64,000 nucleotides of DNA, taken from an uncultured Planctomycetota bacterium. Lineage in GTDB: Bacteria; Planctomycetota; Planctomycetia; Isosphaerales; Isosphaeraceae. The position numbers and the translations under genes were made by a program. A model generated the notes under the pieces. That model did not search any database. It saw only the letters and a program-made list of their open reading frames with translations, and was not told the DNA's origin. Below are positions 59,741 through 64,000 of this stretch, in pieces (position 1 is the stretch's first letter; each line of letters starts with the position of its first letter). Location: the NCBI GenBank assembly GCA_963845755.1, contig CAWJTV010000018.1:72704-136703 (forward strand), read 5' to 3'.

Positions 59741-60949
59741 TCAAAAGGTCGGCTTTTCCGGCAGGCGGTCGGCGGTGACATCCTCGGCATGCAGGTCGCC
59801 GAAGATGGCCCGGTATGTCTCCGCGCCTTTCTTGCGATACCAGAAGAGGACCTTGCCGGCGTCGCCCAGCTTGACGCCGTCCGGCTTGTAGCCGAATTTG
59901 CCGCTCAACTCGAACTGGAAGAAGCCGACGCTCGAGGCCACGGCCTGGACGCGCTGGACCATCTTGGGATCGTCCGGGCCCGTGGGTTTCTCCTTGGAGA
60001 ACGCTTTCCCGTACGCCTGCCAGTCATCGGGTTTGGCCGGGAAGGAACCGTCGGTGCCCTCGGCGTAGAGCCGAAGCAGGTTCGTGAAGGCTTGCTCGGC
60101 GTTGACGGTCATCTCCGCGAGCTTGCTCACTTTGTAGCCCTGGGGCGGGTCCAGGCGGAACAGGCTGTCATCGAGCTTGGGGTCGATCTGAAAATCGCTG
60201 AGGGTCGCGGTCATGACCTTGTCCTGAAAGGGAGCCGTGATCTCGATGAGCACGGGGACCTTTCGCTCCGGATCGATCCAGATGGTCCAGGACTGGAGGC
60301 CCATGGCGACGCGGAAGCCCTGGGCCGCAACGTTGCCGACCTGCCGGTTGCCGGCGGGCTTCCCCTCTTTCTCGGCCAGCCCGCGCAGGTATTCCATCGC
60401 GTTTCCGCCCTGCTCGCGACGACGGCGTTTCACGTCCTCATCGAGCTTGAAGTCCTGGACCATCGCGGTCTTGGAGGACGTCTCGAGCATGAGGGTCTTC
60501 CCCGCGTTCATGTCCATGACGACGACGGAAGCCGGAGGCCCATCGTTCTCGTTCCGGCTCAGCCCCGGGTCCTTATAGAACTCGCGGCCCGTCATCGGGT
60601 CTTTCTGGCCCGGGATCTGGACGGTGATGCGATAAGACAGCGTGTGGGCGTCGTGGAGTTTCTGGGCCACCTCGGTGAACGTGGCCTCGGCCCGTGGCAC
60701 GAACGCCAGGTACGAGGAGAGTCCGGCAGCCGCCAGCAGTGCGGCGGCGGTGGCTTTCAACAGGGTCAACATGGTTCGTCTCCAGGGGAAAGGGGTGTGG
60801 GCCGGCCGTTCGGCCGCCGTGCGGAGGGCCTGGCGCGTTCGAGCGACGACGTCGGCGCCGGGGCCTTCGGGTATGGGCGCATCCCGGAGCACAGCTTCCG
60901 CGCGGGCGAGTCGGTCGTCCGATTCGGAGTTTGGTGCGGTCGCGGTCAT
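59741..60949 (-). CDS. Probable anti-sigma factor with a TM helix and LolA-like exported domain
   Basis: Overlaps the ECF sigma stop (ATGA); single TM segment; WIDPERKVPV...LDDSLFRLDPPQGY is LolA-like. Confidence 0.65.
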   Translation of the reverse strand: MTATAPNSESDDRLARAEAVLRDAPIPEGPGADVVARTRQALRTAAERPAHTPFPWRRTMLTLLKATAAALLAAAGLSSYLAFVPRAEATFTEVAQKLHDAHTLSYRITVQIPGQKDPMTGREFYKDPGLSRNENDGPPASVVVMDMNAGKTLMLETSSKTAMVQDFKLDEDVKRRRREQGGNAMEYLRGLAEKEGKPAGNRQVGNVAAQGFRVAMGLQSWTIWIDPERKVPVLIEITAPFQDKVMTATLSDFQIDPKLDDSLFRLDPPQGYKVSKLAEMTVNAEQAFTNLLRLYAEGTDGSFPAKPDDWQAYGKAFSKEKPTGPDDPKMVQRVQAVASSVGFFQFELSGKFGYKPDGVKLGDAGKVLFWYRKKGAETYRAIFGDLHAEDVTADRLPEKPTF

Positions 60950-61503
60950 GACAGTTCCTCCCGGCGTGCCGGGCCGGAGTCCGGGATGATCGGTGTCGCC
61001 TGCGAGACCCCAGGCGACCTGGCCAGTCGTTGACGGAGACGCATGCGCGCTCGATGCACGAGCACGCCGACTGAGTCAATCGTCGCGTCCAGATGTTCGG
61101 CGATCTCTCGGTAGCTCCATTCCTCCAGGACGTGGAGGCAGAAGGCCTCCGCCTGCCTGGGAGGGAGTTCGGCGATGGCCTCGCGGAGCTGCGCGGAGAG
61201 CTCAGCGTCCTCGATGGACTTCGAAGGCAACGGCGCAGACCCGCCGAGCGCGTCCCAGTCGGCGACCGGCTCGCACGCACCGTGGCGCAGGCGAGTGCGC
61301 AGTCGATCATCGCCCCGGGCCGCGGCCAACCGCTGGAGCAGAGCACGCCAGTGCCGCACCGGTCCCCGGCGCGCGACCTCCAGGGCGGCGAGGAACGCCT
61401 CCTGGAAGCACTCGTCGGCATCGGCCCGGTTGCCCACGATCCGGTAGGCCGTCCGCCACACGGACGGCCCATCCCGGGTCAGGATCTCGTCCCAGTCCGG
61501 CAT
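60946..61503 (-). CDS. ECF RNA polymerase sigma-70 factor
   Basis: DADECFQEAF (region 2); LPPRQAEAF...SYREIAEHL...HRARMRLR (region 4). Confidence 0.9.
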   Translation of the reverse strand: MPDWDEILTRDGPSVWRTAYRIVGNRADADECFQEAFLAALEVARRGPVRHWRALLQRLAAARGDDRLRTRLRHGACEPVADWDALGGSAPLPSKSIEDAELSAQLREAIAELPPRQAEAFCLHVLEEWSYREIAEHLDATIDSVGVLVHRARMRLRQRLARSPGVSQATPIIPDSGPARREELS

Positions 61504-61575
61504 GCGTCTCCTCCGCTCGGTTGATCCAATGACCAAGTCGTCGGAGGCATGATTTTTCTTACAGCCCGGTCGCAG

Positions 61576-63876
61576 TCAATCTCCCTGGGATTCCGACAGG
61601 ATCTTCCGGTAAGCTTCCCGCGCCACGTCAAAAGCTTTCTTGGCGGCCTCCTTATCGGCGGCGCGGATGGCGCGTTCCTTCTGGGACCAGCACTGATCGA
61701 CGCTCTTGAGGCACCACTCGGCGGACTTCTTCGAAGCCCGGATCGGCTTGTCGTCGACGATGACGAAGACCGGGTTGGTATGAGACGAAGGATAGATCCG
61801 CAGCGCGACCCAGCTCGATTTCTTGATGGGGATGTCGAACGAGACGCCTTCGATGTCGCCGTTGGCCGTGACTTCGGTCCGGGCGATCGATTCCCCATTC
61901 ACGATGACCTCGACGGGCACCTTGCGGGTCGCGTCGATGCGGGCGCGTTCCAGGTCCCAGTAGGGTTTCTGGTCGAGCGGGCGCCTCTGGATCGCGCGGG
62001 CCTCGGCCGAGACGTTCGAGTCGAGATGAGCGGCGACCTGGGCGGTCACTTTCACCGTGCGGGGCGCGTCGAGCTTGAGCTCGCTCCCCTTTTCACCGGG
62101 TGCCGCGTCATCCACGCGAAAATCGATGAGGTGGCTGCGGCCGTCGCCGACGTACGACCGGCCCTGCTTGATCCCCTCACACCACTTGTCGAAATCGAGG
62201 TGGCCGTCCTCGAGCTTGACGTAGACTCGGCCCAGGCCGACGCGATCACCGTAAATGCAAGGGAAGTCGGTCTCGCCGCTCAGCTTGGCCCGATAGCCGC
62301 AATTGAGCGTGTGATACCAGATGTTGAGCTCCCAGGGCGCCGGCGTGTCGACGCTCGAGATGAAGTCAACCGCGTCGTGGACCACGTCAACGATGTACTC
62401 ATTGGCCCCGATGCCGTCGAACGGCGGGATTTCGTAGGACGGCAGCTTGTCGCCCGAGATCTTCAGTCCCCACCCCGAATGCGAGAAGCCGACGACGCCC
62501 CCCTGCGACTTCCCCCACTTGAGAACGGGGAGGTCCCAGCTCGGCCATTCCTCGATCCGGGAGGTGCCTGGATAGTCGTCCTCCTTGAGCCGGAGCAAAC
62601 AGAGATGCCCGGCATGCGACGACGGGAATCCGGAGACCTCGACGTCGTAGCGCATCAAGTATTCCGCGGTCGACAGCGGGTGCACCTTCCCCTGGAAGAA
62701 CTGTTTCTGGGCATACCAGCAAGGCCCCCAGGATAGGACGCAGCCGACATCCAGGTCCTCGCCGAGGATGTGGCGCCACATGTCCTCGGGCTTGACGCCT
62801 TCGGTCGGGCTTTCATAGTGGGCACAGCCCGCGGCGTGCACGTGATGATCGCCCGAGTACCAGTTCATCTTGGCGAGGTTGATCCAGCGCCTCAGGCGGA
62901 AGCTCTCGCGATGCGACCGGCCCTTGGGGACCTCGACCGTCTGCTTGTGGACGAGGTACTCGGGTCCTCGGGTGACCTCGAACTCATAGAGGCCCGGCGG
63001 CAGCGAGACCGTCTCGCCGTTCTGTCGATAGATCTGGGGATGGAAGAAGAAGTCCGGCGCGAGTCGACGGCTGGGCGAGGGATAGACTCGCCCCTGCCGG
63101 TCCCGGATGACGAACGAGGCCATCGTCGGTTCTTCGTCCTCGTCGCGGACCTCGAGCACCACCGTCACGGCCGGGTCGATGGTGAAGAGGATGTCGACAT
63201 CGCTGCGGAAACCCAGGTCCTGCGTCCCCTGGCCGACGTTGAAGCTGACCTTCGCCTCGCGGTGCCCGGCATCCCGGCTGTAGAGCTGGATGATCCGGTA
63301 CTCGAGAGCCAGACCCGAGAGCGGCCGCTTCATCGGCCGGTCATTGAACATGGCTTTATCCATCCAGCGCTGGACGATCTGGGCGGGCTCGATCGATGGT
63401 TTGGGGTCCGGGCGGCCGGTCGACTGTTTGTAGATTCGTTCGGCATTGGGGCTGACGGCCTCCAGCTCCGCCGTGACGCCGGCCTCGTTGTGGACCTTGA
63501 CGAGGAAGACCGACCACCCGTTCTGGACCAGCCGGGGCTGCGCGGGTCCCTGGACGGCCTTGACCCGGCTCTCGGGATTGATCTCGACCCCGATCAAGCA
63601 ATGCCGGTCCAGCACCTGCTGGATGGTCCGGATCGCCGACTCGGCACCGGTCGAGTTGAGGGCTTTCTCAAGCGTCGATCGCTCCTCCCGGCCCAGCGGC
63701 TCGCCGAGCATGTCCAGCGATTCGACCACCCGCTTCACCTGCGCCGAGAGCGGCTGAAACTCGACGTCCACCACCAGGGGGAGCTCGTCGCCCCGGCCGG
63801 CGGCAGTCCATGTTGCTAGACCAACGATCGTGCCGAAGAGACGCCACGTCCAGGACGATCTCAATCTCGCTTGCAT
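61576..63876 (-). CDS. Secreted CehA/McbA-family metallohydrolase
   Basis: Signal peptide, WYSGDHHVH, EVSGFPSSHAGH, FSHSGWG, WYHTLNCG and GETDFPC. Confidence 0.8.
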   Translation of the reverse strand: MQARLRSSWTWRLFGTIVGLATWTAAGRGDELPLVVDVEFQPLSAQVKRVVESLDMLGEPLGREERSTLEKALNSTGAESAIRTIQQVLDRHCLIGVEINPESRVKAVQGPAQPRLVQNGWSVFLVKVHNEAGVTAELEAVSPNAERIYKQSTGRPDPKPSIEPAQIVQRWMDKAMFNDRPMKRPLSGLALEYRIIQLYSRDAGHREAKVSFNVGQGTQDLGFRSDVDILFTIDPAVTVVLEVRDEDEEPTMASFVIRDRQGRVYPSPSRRLAPDFFFHPQIYRQNGETVSLPPGLYEFEVTRGPEYLVHKQTVEVPKGRSHRESFRLRRWINLAKMNWYSGDHHVHAAGCAHYESPTEGVKPEDMWRHILGEDLDVGCVLSWGPCWYAQKQFFQGKVHPLSTAEYLMRYDVEVSGFPSSHAGHLCLLRLKEDDYPGTSRIEEWPSWDLPVLKWGKSQGGVVGFSHSGWGLKISGDKLPSYEIPPFDGIGANEYIVDVVHDAVDFISSVDTPAPWELNIWYHTLNCGYRAKLSGETDFPCIYGDRVGLGRVYVKLEDGHLDFDKWCEGIKQGRSYVGDGRSHLIDFRVDDAAPGEKGSELKLDAPRTVKVTAQVAAHLDSNVSAEARAIQRRPLDQKPYWDLERARIDATRKVPVEVIVNGESIARTEVTANGDIEGVSFDIPIKKSSWVALRIYPSSHTNPVFVIVDDKPIRASKKSAEWCLKSVDQCWSQKERAIRAADKEAAKKAFDVAREAYRKILSESQGD

Positions 63877-64000
63877 GGTCGGGTCCTTGAAGCAGGTGGG
63901 AGGGCGAGGCGACTCGCATTCCCAGGATCGTGGGTGAGAAACATGGTTGGGCCACCGCTCTCAAACTAACCCACGTCGCCGGTCAAAACCACCTTGTGGC

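Noticed and set aside
59282..61033. 583 aa plus-strand ORF and similar long antisense ORFs (14111..15559, 22710..24149, 41839..43698)
   Set aside because: They overlap well-supported genes on the other strand and lack recognisable motifs.
1..64000. tRNA, rRNA or riboswitch genes
   Set aside because: None recognised by eye, including upstream of the MetE-like gene and metG; an Infernal/tRNAscan run is needed to exclude them.

Overview
GC-rich bacterial window; the protein families and palindromic repeats suggest a planctomycete (inference). About 3.2-17.0 kb is an integron: a truncated intI remnant on the minus strand, a candidate Pc promoter and attI core, and about 20 gene cassettes separated by about 19 related attC sites, interrupted by two IS110-family elements. 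The most striking cargo is three cassettes that each encode one stand-alone domain of the translation machinery (EF-Tu domain 3, EF-Tu domain 2, an S1 domain). Other cassettes carry toxin-immunity-like proteins, a MazF/PemK TA pair, a ParB/Srx-like two-gene module and a RusA-like plus REase-HEPN pair. The rest is chromosomal: DUF2252, a coupled MetE-like/MBL-hydrolase/xylB operon, a GT39-like gene, xisH/xisI, ispG, an SSADH-type ALDH, a PEP-CTERM gene, metG, a ~23 kb surface-polysaccharide cluster (wecB, glycosyltransferases, methyltransferases, heptose kinase and nucleotidyltransferase, sulfotransferase), an amidohydrolase and an ECF sigma/anti-sigma locus. Many genes carry small frameshifts that may be assembly errors. 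All family calls are by-eye motif recognition; no searches were run.
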